The notes below the pieces were generated by a model. The model did no database searches and was not told the origin of the DNA. It saw only the letters and a program-made list of their open reading frames with translations. Both the position numbers and the translations under genes were made by a program. From Octopus bimaculoides (Eukaryota), in assembly GCF_001194135.2 (NCBI RefSeq), contig NC_068981.1, forward strand, positions 25,331,369 to 25,371,424: a DNA stretch of 40,056 bases. Reading direction: 5' to 3'. Shown here one piece after another: positions 1 through 10,774 of this stretch. Every line of letters starts with the position of its first letter. The stretch's first letter is position 1.

Positions 1-95
1 CCCTTTTGATCGGATTTTTTTTTTTTCTTAAAGAAAAGCTCTACAGTTGTATTTGTCCCCTCTGTGTGCAGCCCTGTGTGGCTAATAAAAGAAAG

Positions 96-156
<61 letters not shown>

Positions 157-160
157 ATTC
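1..160 (+). repeat. 3' tail of a SINE-like interspersed repeat ending in a (TCTA)n microsatellite
   Basis: aaagaaaagctct...ttgtatttgtccc...agccctgtgtggctaataaaagaaa followed by (TCTA)n; a near-identical copy lies at about 8585-8740. Confidence 0.65.
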
Positions 161-174
161 TATCTATATAATGT

Positions 175-421
175 GTGTGTATCTGCCTATGTGTATGTGT
201 CTTTCTGTTTGTGGTTTTTCCTCCATTAGATCTTGACATCCGGTGTTGGTGTGTTTGCTTCCGCATAACGTAGCAGTTCGGCAAAAGTGAAGTTCGAATA
301 AGTACCAGACTTATAAAAGGAAAAAACAAACTGGGGTCGATTCGTGCAAATAAAATTCTTCATGGCGGTGCCCCAGCATGGCCGCAGTTTAATGATCGAG
401 CCAAGTAAAAGATAAAAGATA
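175..421 (+). mobile_element. SINE family A, 3' half
   Basis: Matches the 3' half of the fuller copies at 9979-10385 and 16731-17150 (cagttcggcaaaag...ggggtcgatt...ggcggtgccccagcatggccgcag...gtaaaagataaaagat). Confidence 0.8.
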
Positions 422-469
422 ACTGAATGTAAGAACTACATTCATAGTTTCACAGTATCGCAGAAAACA

Positions 470-810
470 TCGACGGTGTTATACACCTCTTGTCATAATG
501 CGCTTCCAATTCTCTCTTGATTTAGTCAACTTGACCCAGATTACTTAACCAAATCGTCTTCCCATCCATGTGGAAGCTTTCCAACTGACCTTTTCTGATC
601 TCTTGGATACCAATCAGAAACTGCACAGGTCTTCCTGTTATCTGTGACTCTTACGACATGTCCGCTCGTGCGGAACTTGTGCGTTCGTTATTCTGTGACT
701 AATACGTTCACCACCCCCTTTGTTCTCGGCCTATCTCATTTCAAATATGCTCTCGTAATGCTATTCCTGGTATGAAATTTTGCGACGGAAACTATCGATG
801 TCCATTCCTC
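470..810 (-). mobile_element. RTE-clade LINE, degenerate C-terminal fragment
   Basis: The minus strand translates SGHVVRVTDNRKTCAVSDWYPRDQKRSVGKLPHGWEDDLVK, resembling the RTE post-RT motif AGHVARM-DNRW-K--EW-PR--KR-RGRP--RW-DD. Confidence 0.7.
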
Positions 811-1377
811 GATACACATGTGTGCTCATGCAGATTATAGTAACCATACAGAAGTATTAAGACGTTATAAATAACGTTTGCATTGCCTGTTATTTAATCT
901 GCTCTGAAATGTTAAAAGGTCAAACTGATCTCGTTGGGATTTGAGCCGGAACGAATAATGCAATCAATTCTTCGCGAGGGCTCTTACGACACTATTAAAT
1001 GTTTTACTCTAATGTATAATGAGTAAGGAGGAAGACATAAATATATCGTATGGTATCATTATCTTATGCTTACTTAGTTCAGGTACCTTTATAATATAAC
1101 ATGTTTATTTAGAAATGTATAAAAGACCATAACAATATGATAATTTTTCAAATGAGAAATGAGTGTTTGGTTTTCGATGTAATAGGCCTTATTAGTTGAC
1201 ATATAAGTTGACTTATCAAACACACACGTTGAAGAATTACTATGCGGCATGAATTGTAATGTGGCGTATTAGTTTACAAAAATATTCTGAAATATCTTGC
1301 AACTATACGGAAATGTAGGCTTCCGGTGTTATAGTATCGGGTATTAGAAAATCTAAAATATTTTTGAACTACATGGT

Positions 1378-1629
1378 TTTCCTCCTCCTCCTCTTTTCTT
1401 CTTTTTCTTTTTCTTCTTCCCTCCTCCCCTCCTCCCCGCCTTCCCCTTCCTCCTCCTCCTCTTTTCTTCTTCTTTTTCTTCTTCTTCTTCTTCTTCTCAC
1501 CTCCTCTCCTCCTCCTCCTCCTCCTCCTCTTCTCCTCCTCCTCCTCCTTCTTCTTCTTCTTCTTCTTCTTCTTCTTCTTCTTCTTCTTCTTCTTCTTCTT
1601 CTTCTTCTTCTTCTTCTTCTTCTTCTTCA
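1378..1629. repeat. (CCT)n/(CTT)n microsatellite at the 3' end of the adjacent LINE
   Basis: Pure trinucleotide runs that account for the poly-L/P/S ORF 1364-1690. Confidence 0.95.
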
Positions 1630-2996
1630 GTTGTCTTATTTTAATCGCGTGCTTTCACTGCACTACCGAGCGCAGCTCTGTGTGCCTTAGGTATGTGCTA
1701 TGATTTGTTGTGAAACTCTCATTTTTACTATATTGAAAATGTTTTACGTAGGATGTGTGCGGTGCCTAGTAGTACTATTTTTTGTATGTTATATATACTT
1801 GTTAGTCCTGGTGTTTTTGTTATGTATTTGTCTGAATATTTTTTTATCACACCTAATGCACCTACTATGATAGGAAGTGTTTCTGTTTTTAGACTCCACA
1901 GTCGAGTTACCTATATTTCCCGGTCTTTGTATTTTGAAAGTTTCTCAATTTCTTTTAGAGGAACATTGTCATCTGTTGGTTTTGATACATCAATTAGAAA
2001 ACGTTTTTTCCTTTGATGATCTCTGACAACTATATCTGGCCTATTGGCCTTAATTTTTCTATCTGTGTGTATTGGCATACCTCAGAGTATGGTTGCTTTT
2101 TCATTTTCTGTGACCTTTTCTGGGATGTGCCTATACTATCTTTTTTTCAGTTGTTATTCCAGTGTTGGCATAACTTCCAGTGTATATAGATCCCAACCCT
2201 GTCATGTCTGTGAATATATTCCCTCTTAACCAGGACTGGGAAGCCAGAGACAAAATAATTTATTGTTTCTGATCCAGCTCCTCATATTCTGCAGTTACTG
2301 CATTTCTTTTCATTTCATATTTTGGTAATTTCTGGTGGGGACGCTTTGATCTTGTACTGGAATTAAAAATCTTTCACTCTCTGCTTTGAGTCCTGAGCCT
2401 CTCAGCCATTGTTGTGGTTTTGCTTTGTTAATTTTCTGCATAGTTTAGCCCAGTATTTGGCATGAAAAGACTTTTCTTGCCATCGTTTTATCATGATCCG
2501 GTGTTGTTACTAGTTTTACCTTGGATTTCAGTTGTTTTCCAGCTTTTGTTGTTTCGTTTTTACCGTCATAGTTGTTAGGTATTATGAATGCATTTTTGTA
2601 ATTGTCAGCTTCCTTAAAAATTAAAAACAGTTTTTTGTTTTCCTCGTGCTTTGTGGCTATTTGTATTATTTTTCCTTGATTCTGAAGTAGGTATTTTTGC
2701 AGTCCTATGGTGGTTATTTTATAATAGTTTTCCAGCTGCATAAGGCCTCTATCACTTTCCATACGTTGTATATGTAACCTTTCTATGTCAGATTTTGTGT
2801 GGCGCATCCTAAATCCTGTCATTATTTTTCCTGTTTTCCTGTCTATTTTGATTAGTTCAGTTAGAGTCCAATGAAGGATATTGCAGCTGTAACTTATAAC
2901 TGGGACGGCTAGAATGTTGATACCTATTATTTTGTTTTTCGCATTGAGCTCTGTTTTCAGTATTAATCTAACTTGTCTATAGTATACTTTTTATTT
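1630..2996 (-). mobile_element. 5'-truncated RLE-type (R4/Dong-like) non-LTR retrotransposon, thumb to endonuclease plus 3' UTR, with stops
   Basis: The minus strand reads YYRQVRLILKTELNAKNK..HTKSDIERLHIQRMESDRGL..CRI*GAGSETINYFVSG..EYIHRHDRV..ANRPDIVV..FLIDVSKPTDDNV..EKLSKYKD..IVGALG..KIVLLGTAHILRK, i.e. a CCHC-like knuckle and a PD..D-type restriction-like endonuclease. Confidence 0.9.
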
Positions 2997-3004
2997 TTTC
3001 TTTC

Positions 3005-3475
3005 ATTTGCTGTACCCGTCGTTAGTCGGGTAATTACCTTCACTGTTTATCGGGAGTCACATTGAATGTATTATATGTATAATTTACTCCTCCTGTATGT
3101 GGGCATTTTTAGAAGAGAAAATCATGTAATAATTGAAATAGAAGAGAGATCAATATCATTCTTTGTTGGCTATCTGCAAGTCTTTTTGCAGTTTCTTGTG
3201 TTGTTTCTTGCATACGATGTGATGCTTTTCGAAGACGACCAGCTGCCAGTCGTGCATGTCTTTCGTTTTCATTTTCTGCTTCACGTTGAGCTGCCATTTC
3301 TTACTTGCTATCTGCAAGTTGTGCATTTCGTTGATGTTCGGTTTCAGATGCACGTCGAGCTTTCTTTCTCTGCCGCTGATCTACAAGCCGTGCGCGTGTC
3401 TCATCGTCGTTTTCTGATGCACGTCGAGCGTTTGTTTGGTGTTCGTTTTGTGACGGTCTTTTTTTTATGACACAT
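3005..3475 (-). mobile_element. Degenerate Helitron-like fragment with four 23-aa STPR-like repeats and a 3' hairpin
   Basis: 69-bp period on the minus strand: ARRASENDDETRARLVDQRQRKK / ARRASETEHQRNAQLADSK*EMA / AQREAENENERHARLAAGRLRKA / SHRMQETTQETAKRLADSQQRM. An acccg..cgggt hairpin lies at 3014-3031 downstream; the terminal CTAG is decayed. Confidence 0.6.
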
Positions 3476-4132
3476 GTTTTTGATCATAAATATCAGTAAG
3501 TAATAGTGAAATGCAATTCGGACGCTATGTTACAGTAATACAAGGAAAATAGTTATATCATATTGAAGAATGGCTTAAGGGAATGAGAAATGTTTTTGAT
3601 AAGGAATATCAGTGAGTTGTAGTGAAATGAAAGTACTCATGGTGTGTGAATATCAGTAATTATGAAATGAATTTACAAATGCTGAATGGTGTCAGTGTCT
3701 GTGCTGAAATTCCGACGCTGTATTACAGGAGTGCAGGGCATTGCGTTGTGTGGTTGTCTTTTTGTTTGTGTGTCGATGAATTTCATTTTTCTGTGAATTT
3801 GTGCCCGTGCGTGTGGCTTCACTGTCAGGTTGTCTCTGCATATGTGAAAGAAATTTGTACATTTATATCTGAACGAAGTCAGAAAAATAGGTGTATCTGA
3901 AACATGAATGAATATACATATATGTGTGTGCGTGTGTGTGTGTGTATATGTGAGTTCTTTTAGAGAGAAAAGAGAGAGACACAGATAAAAAAAATGGCGG
4001 TGCCATTGCTTTAGAGTTCCACTCTGCCAGTGAAAGTGGACAAAACACCCACACTTATAAATGAGATCGTGTCTCACTTATGTTTTGTGGGACAAACAGA
4101 CAAACAGACAGAAACTTTTATATATATTATTT

Positions 4133-4500
4133 TATTCTTTTATTTGTTTCAGTCTTTTGACTGCAGCCATGCTGGAGGACCGCCTTTAGCCGAACAAACT
4201 GCCCCCAGGATTTATTCTTTGTAAGCCTAGTACTTATTCTATCGGTCTCTTTTGCAGAGTCGATGCTAAATTATGGAGACGTAAAAACATCAACATCGGT
4301 TGTCAAGCGATGAATGTCGGGGGTGTTGGGGCACAGACACACACCCATATACGACGGGCTTCTTTCAGTTCCAGTCTACCAAATCCAGTCACAAGGCTTT
4401 GGTCGACCCGAGGTTATAGTAGAAGACACTTTCCCAAGATGCCACGCAGTGTGACCAAACTCGGAACGATGTGGTTGGTAGGCAAGCTACTTACCACATG
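4133..4500 (-). mobile_element. SINE family A, near full length
   Basis: Reverse complement of the family-A consensus from head (gtggtaagtagcttgc) to tail (ctgaaacaaataaaagaataa). Confidence 0.85.
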
Positions 4501-5089
4501 TCAGGTCGATCTTGGGCGCTACTGTTAACTTGTAACTCGATACGACTTGTTGCATGATCGGGTCGTCGGCAACTAAACTGGCAAACCGATGAAGCTAGCT
4601 TGGTGAGTAAGGTGATTGTTGGACACATTGCAGGACGAAAAATAAGACTTGTCAAAGGGCAGAAAAGCTCATGACCAGCCAATGGCCATTCAACTATATG
4701 TGTACATGTGTATGTACGTATGTACGCATGTATGTATGCGCGGTGACGTGGAAATACCTAGGCTGGCATCCAGGTGAGCAGTTAGCCCACTGTGAGTGGG
4801 AGGCCCTTCTGTTGTTGTTACAACATCTCTCTAGGAAAGGGAAACTCTGAGAGAAGACCTGCGACACTGACAATATTTGATGATGTTGACTAGTTTTTCT
4901 TTTCAAGTTTAAGGTGTCCATGTTCAATGAGTGGGAATGGATTTGTGAAAATCCTTCCCCACAATAAAGAAAATCATAATGCACAGGAAAAGCTTAAAAA
5001 AATAATAAATAAAAACACTTCACAAAATTGTTTGGTCGTAGTCTTCGCATGTGCGGGACTTTTGAGCAGGTGATGACAATATTCGAACA

Positions 5090-5620
5090 CGAGTTTGCAG
5101 TCATCATGTATGTATATGTGGGTCTTTATTCAATTTTATTTGAAGATTTCTTGCCAATAGAGACAAAGCCGTTTTCTAATGCAGTCCCAAGGTTCCTGCA
5201 CTGGAATTTCAACAACATGCATATAGTTGTGTGTCTAGACATGCTGATATATACTTAAATGATGAGCTTCTGGCAAGTTATACAGATATTTACAGTTCTA
5301 GTGATGAGTTGCATCTGTAGTCTTCGAATCAGCTTTCTCATTTCTGATTATGAAAAGCCTCATTTCTCAAGATTGGTATTTAGGTAGTGTGTTATATATG
5401 CTTGTGCCCCAATAACTACAGGTATAAATCTGAACTTGTAATCTGGATACAGTAGTTGTAGATGCCTCACTAGTCCAGTGCAGGATTTTGTTTTTCGTTG
5501 ATCTTTCGCTTTTTGTTAATATTTGCCGGACAGCTGATTTCCACAATTATACACAGTTTCTCTTCTCTATCCCTAAATTCTAAACACGATTCGGAGGATA
5601 ACCATACGGCATAAATTGTA
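5090..5620 (-). mobile_element. RLE-type LINE, short 3' fragment (endonuclease end plus 3' UTR), second lineage
   Basis: The minus strand reads REEKLCIIVEISCPANINKKRKINEK / LVRHLQLLYPDYKFRFIPVVIGAQAYITHYLNTNLEK, frameshifted. Confidence 0.65.
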
Positions 5621-6469
5621 ATAAAAGATATAATCTAATATAACTTGCAAATATACGGATAAGTAGACTTCCGGTTTTATGGTATCAGTTCTTGGAAAAT
5701 CCAAACTACTTCTGAATTACCTGACTGCTGTCAACTATTGTTAGTGGGATAAAGTAACCAGAGTATAATATCTATTTTTATCGTAGGTTTTACCCGTTTA
5801 TCTACAAATTATTTAATGACGTCAATGACATAGTGTTTGTTGTTTGTACGCTTTTGTTTGCTGTTCACTCGCGAAGAATTTAGTTGAATATTTTTGATGA
5901 TAATAACAGAAGCAAAATACACGTGGTATGTTGTATTTTATCTTTGGACTAAGTTAGCTATTGTTCTGTGACGATTCCGGGTCTCCTGCATTTATGTTTT
6001 AGCCGAAAAATCGACCCCAGTACTCATGTTTTTAAGACTGTTGTTCATGTTAAATTTCTTCCACTCATTTCAAGTTCTTTACATTTTCACCATATTATTT
6101 TTTTTAAAAATAATGTTCAGATTCATACTGATGATGAAAATCACACACATGTAATAATAAAACAATTAGGCTGGCCCAAGTGCTTTTCATTTGCGAGTTA
6201 ACAACATTTAAACTAAGATCTAACTCCACTCTGATATTATATACACTTTTTCTTTTCTAATCTTTCCAAATGATCAAATTGAAAAGTTTAGAACATAAAA
6301 AAGTCGATGTCAACAATGATGATGATAATGATGCTACTGATCGGGTTCTGTCACCAATACCAACTATTTTAAAATTATTTTTAGCATGAAAAATGAGAAA
6401 CTACATTCGTCTGTCTTTACTTCTCCCGAAGTGGATTTTGCTTTTCATCCACCCGAGGGCGTCATTATA

Positions 6470-6589
6470 GATATATCATAGTCATGCCATTTAGATATAG
6501 ATATATTATAGTCATGCTATTTAGCTCTCGGTACTTTTGGGTCACAGACCCAATTATCCCTCCGCATGAAATGCGGATTTTCAGCTAGT
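6470..6589 (+). mobile_element. Helitron-like 3' terminus
   Basis: Perfect hairpin TCCGCAT-gaa-ATGCGGA (6561-6577), then CTAG (6585-6588) followed by T; a short tandem duplication (tagatatatcatagtcatg) lies upstream. Confidence 0.6.
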
Positions 6590-6685
6590 TATATATAAAA
6601 GAAAAATTCATTCTGCAATCAAGACATTCTTCAGTTAATACATTTCAAAACACTCAAAATTCCATCTACTCACATACTGTAACAA

Positions 6686-6687
<2 letters not shown>

Positions 6688-6781
<94 letters not shown>
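6688..6781. repeat. (TA)n microsatellite
   Basis: Direct reading of the sequence. Confidence 0.95.
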
Positions 6782-7627
6782 CGTCAATTCCAGGAAGTTA
6801 GGTCAACATTAGGGATTATATAATCTAAAAGATTCTACTGGCTAATCACTATCATACAATGCGAAAGTCAGTTACATTAGGGATTATTGTAATAATGCAT
6901 ATCAATATTGAAGGAAAGAAAATAGAGAAAAAGTGGATGTATGAATAATTCATTTGTATGATATGAAAATGTTAAAATGTTTTTTTAAACATATTATAAT
7001 ACAAATAAATTAATAATAAGTTGTAGCGCTCAAAAAATGTGAAAAAACCTACATATATGTTTCAGTCCTATCCCCTAGTGGAAAAGGAATTCTAAGTATT
7101 TGGTTAAATGTTAAGAAAGGTATCATTCTTTAACTATATGGGGCAGTACTTCTTCAGGGTTATTGTGAGGTTATAGAACTTAGGTTCACATTTTTCCTGT
7201 GAAGGATGCGTACAGAATACTAATAAGTTTAAGACGTTAAATCGTGGTGGTGAGCTATAGATATTCCGACCCGCACCCCGCGATACGTGAAACAGCGCAA
7301 AGTGGAAACAGTACTGTACTGTATATTTTAAAATTATTTTTATAATTTGTAAATGTTTATTTTATTATAAAAACAACACCACAGAGTAATCGGCGTAAAC
7401 TTAAATAGTAAACCCCGATAGGTGAACCGCGATAGGTAGGCTTGCGTTGATTTTGTTTTCCATTTGCCTGTAATAATTTACCTGCTAACTCGGAAGCCTC
7501 CTACATATTCCTAGCTCCAGCTTCAGCCGTGGACTTGGAGCCAAGCGGATGACCAATTATAGCACTTATGCAGCACGCCTATTGATTTAAATCACCAGTG
7601 AAATAAACCCCTCATATTCCTATGTAC

Positions 7628-7664
<37 letters not shown>

Positions 7665-7751
7665 AGAATATACAAAAAATAACAACAGACGAGGACAGGT
7701 GGTGTAAATAACAAAAGTATATATTAGTATGACGCTCGGGAATACGGAAAG

Positions 7752-7788
7752 TCTTTGACGTTTCGAGCTACGCTCTTCAACAGAAAGA
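7752..7788 (-). ncRNA. Minimal type I hammerhead ribozyme-like motif (Penelope-type) with a variant core
   Basis: Minus strand: stem I tcttt / core CTGTTGA / stem II gagc-gta-gctc / GAAA / CG / TC / stem I aaaga. The core has U at position 6 instead of A. Confidence 0.6.
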
Positions 7789-7852
7789 ATACGGAGACAA
7801 GGAGAAAAACACGGAGAAAAAAAATTGAATAGTGTTCAGTCAACGGTCAATC

Positions 7853-7883
<31 letters not shown>

Positions 7884-7884
7884 C

Positions 7885-7933
<49 letters not shown>

Positions 7934-8480
7934 GCGCATCGCTCAATGGTTAGCGAGTTCGATCACCGGACAAGGGCTGTTTATATATATCAAAGCAGAA
8001 TATATGTAATATATGCAATAAGTATTTTTCAGTATTTTTCAACTCTCATGCATACTTCACACAAACATAAGATTCACATAAAACTTTGGTGTACTGGAGT
8101 AAACTGATGTGCTTTAAAATTATATGCCTTGGATTATTGCCCTATCTACATAATGTACACACACACACAAACACACACATATATGCATACATATATATAT
8201 TATGTCCACTTTAACGTAGATGTTCTGTAGGTACAAACTATACTGTGGTAATTACCATGAGAGACACCCTCATATTGGCTTTGGGTGAAAAAAGCACCCT
8301 TGTTCATATCACTAGCAGGGAGATAAATCCCCGCCACCTTCAGCGCCAAAACCACCGGAACACATGATTTCACCTTTCCTTGGTCTTCTAAATGATGGAT
8401 GCTCGACCGCTAGAGGTAGAAGTGATTCATCTCCCCCACCAGCGAACAGCCAGTGAGCTTGTTAAAAAAACAAACACCTA

Positions 8481-8523
<43 letters not shown>

Positions 8524-8584
8524 GTGATACACGATCCCTATTGGTCCCCCCTTTTTTTCGATCCCTTTTGTCCTTCCCACGATC

Positions 8585-8740
8585 CCTTTTGATCGACATC
8601 CCCTACTTTTTCCCCCTCCCCCTCCCAAAAAGAAAAGCTCTTCATTGTATTTGTCCCATCTTTGTTGAGCCCTGTGTGGCTAATAAAAGAAATCTATCTA
8701 TCTATCTATCTATCTATCTATATATATATATATATACATA
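8585..8740 (+). repeat. Second copy of the SINE-like tail plus (TCTA)n seen at 1-160
   Basis: cccttttgatcg...aaagaaaagctct...agccctgtgtggctaataaaagaaa is shared with the window start. Confidence 0.65.
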
Positions 8741-9978
8741 TATATTAGCAACATAGGCAGTATTAATAACGGTTCATCTCTCCGTTGTAAACAAGTGTGA
8801 GTTTTGCACTAAAAGCCAATGTGTGTGTGTGCTTTCTCATGGTATATACTGCAGTATGGTTTGTTAATAGAGAACAGCCACGTTAAGGTGGGAATGAATA
8901 TTACCACTTGTCATTAATACTGCCTCTGCATATCTATATATAGATATGGATAGAAAGTCAGAAGTGAAAGAAGACCGATCTATATTGTCAATAAAGTTGG
9001 ATATTATTATCAATATGCTCTAAGGGCTCAATTAGGCGTACCTTGTTTCGAAATCCATATTTGTAGACAATTACTTAATATCTACTTATCTTTCGAGTCT
9101 CTCATCAATCCTCAAACGGATGACAGTATTAACTCGAGATAATGTGTCAAAACGACATAACAGATCAAGGGACACAACTGTTATATTTACATGAAAAAGA
9201 TCTTACTAAAATATAAATAGTTTGTAGATGTCTGACTGGTGGGTTGACAAATTGTCCCGTTTGTTTACTTATGCAATGCGTGCACGTGCTTGTGCAGTTA
9301 ATGTGAGTCTTTGTTCTTCCTTTATTAATTGTGGTAAATAGTTTCATTTACTAGTTTTATTCAATAATTTTATAACATATATAGAAGTTTTTTTACTTGT
9401 TAAATATTATTAACTTACGTTTCACATAATAATGGTAATATATAATAGTATTGATAGGGGTAAATTTCGCAATAAATTATTAATTCCCGTAATGTTTATA
9501 TGTTTAATTTGACGTGGTTATAAAATAATCGATGAGGGTTTCTTTATGTTTAGCACTTTCTATATATATATATATATCGCTATTATATTTTCAGGTGTTT
9601 AATTTTATTAAATTTTAATGAATTTTAAAAATTTTAATATTTATATGTATTTATGTATATAGGTGTGTGGTGGGGAGTGAATAGGAGATAACCACTCCAA
9701 AAAGGTATGCATCCCACAGTCTGGTTAGGGAACGCTGTTGGGTGACTCGGTGTATTAACACGTGTTTGTTCGCAGCGAGAAATTTTCTTCATCACAAAAT
9801 GCAATGTATGGCTTTCTTAAGGTTCGGATATGCCTCGAGCATATTTGAACTTGTAACAAGTTTTTTGTTTATGTTAAAGCTCTATTATTGAAATTCCTAA
9901 AATTAAAATTAACGACCTACCTCCATTACGAATTTCTATAACGCATTGCTTTCGCTTTGCAAAGATATTTAAAACATT

Positions 9979-10385
9979 TAGGAGTGGCTGTGTGGTAAGT
10001 AGCTTGCTTACCAACCATATGGTTCCGGGTTCAGTCCCACTGCGTCGCACCTTGGGCAAGTATCTTCTACTACAAACTCGGGCCGACCAAAGAGTTGTGA
10101 GTAGATCTGGTAGACGGAAACTGAAAGAAGCCCGTCGTATATATGTGTATGTGTTTGTGTGTCTGTGTTTGTGTGTCTGTGTTTGTCCCCCCCCCCAACA
10201 TCGCTTGACAACCGATGCTGGTGCGTTTACGTACCCGTAACTTAGCAGTTCGGCAAAAGTGATCGATAGAATGAGTACTAGGCTTACAAAGAATAAGTCA
10301 TGGGGGTCGATTTTCTCGAATAAAGGCGGTGCTCCAGCATGGCCACAGTCAAATGACTGAAACAAGTAAAAGAGTATAAAAGATA
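9979..10385 (+). mobile_element. SINE family A, full length (tRNA-derived head)
   Basis: A-box-like gtggctgtgtggtaag, B-box-like gggttcagtccc, central (TG)n tract and gtaaaagag tail; more than 8 homologous copies in the window. Confidence 0.9.
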
Positions 10386-10532
10386 ATGTTCCATGGAAAC
10401 TATACTACTTTACCAACACACACACATACACTCACACAAACACACGCACCCAGACACATACACACATAATCACGCACTTACATACACACAAGTGTACATA
10501 GGTCATACATAGGCTGTGTATAATATTATATC

Positions 10533-10565
10533 ACTAGCTGGCCCCATGCCGTCAAAAATGCCGGC
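10533..10565 (-). mobile_element. Probable Helitron-like 3' terminus
   Basis: A-CTAG at 10533-10537 (T after CTAG on the minus strand) with an imperfect hairpin gccgtc-aaaaat-gccggc 10 nt inside. Confidence 0.4.
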
Positions 10566-10774
10566 TAATTGTAGTATTTCATGTATAAATATGGATGATA
10601 AATCAAATTAATACACTTGTTAATGTTCACAAAACATTCACATACTTCCCTTGTACACGCACACTCATACACACATATAAGCACTGAGAGTTGAAACGTT
10701 GTTTGATTTTACTTTTTTGCGTTGAATGATCACAACCTCACCGGTTTGCCATCACCCCTTCCTTTTTTTCCCAT

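Noticed and set aside
1364-1690. 108-aa Leu/Ser/Pro-rich ORF
   Set aside because: Translation of a (CCT)n/(CTT)n microsatellite at a LINE tail; no coding evidence.
3066-3470. 134-aa hydrophobic repetitive ORF on the plus strand
   Set aside because: Antisense shadow of the STPR-like repeats on the minus strand.
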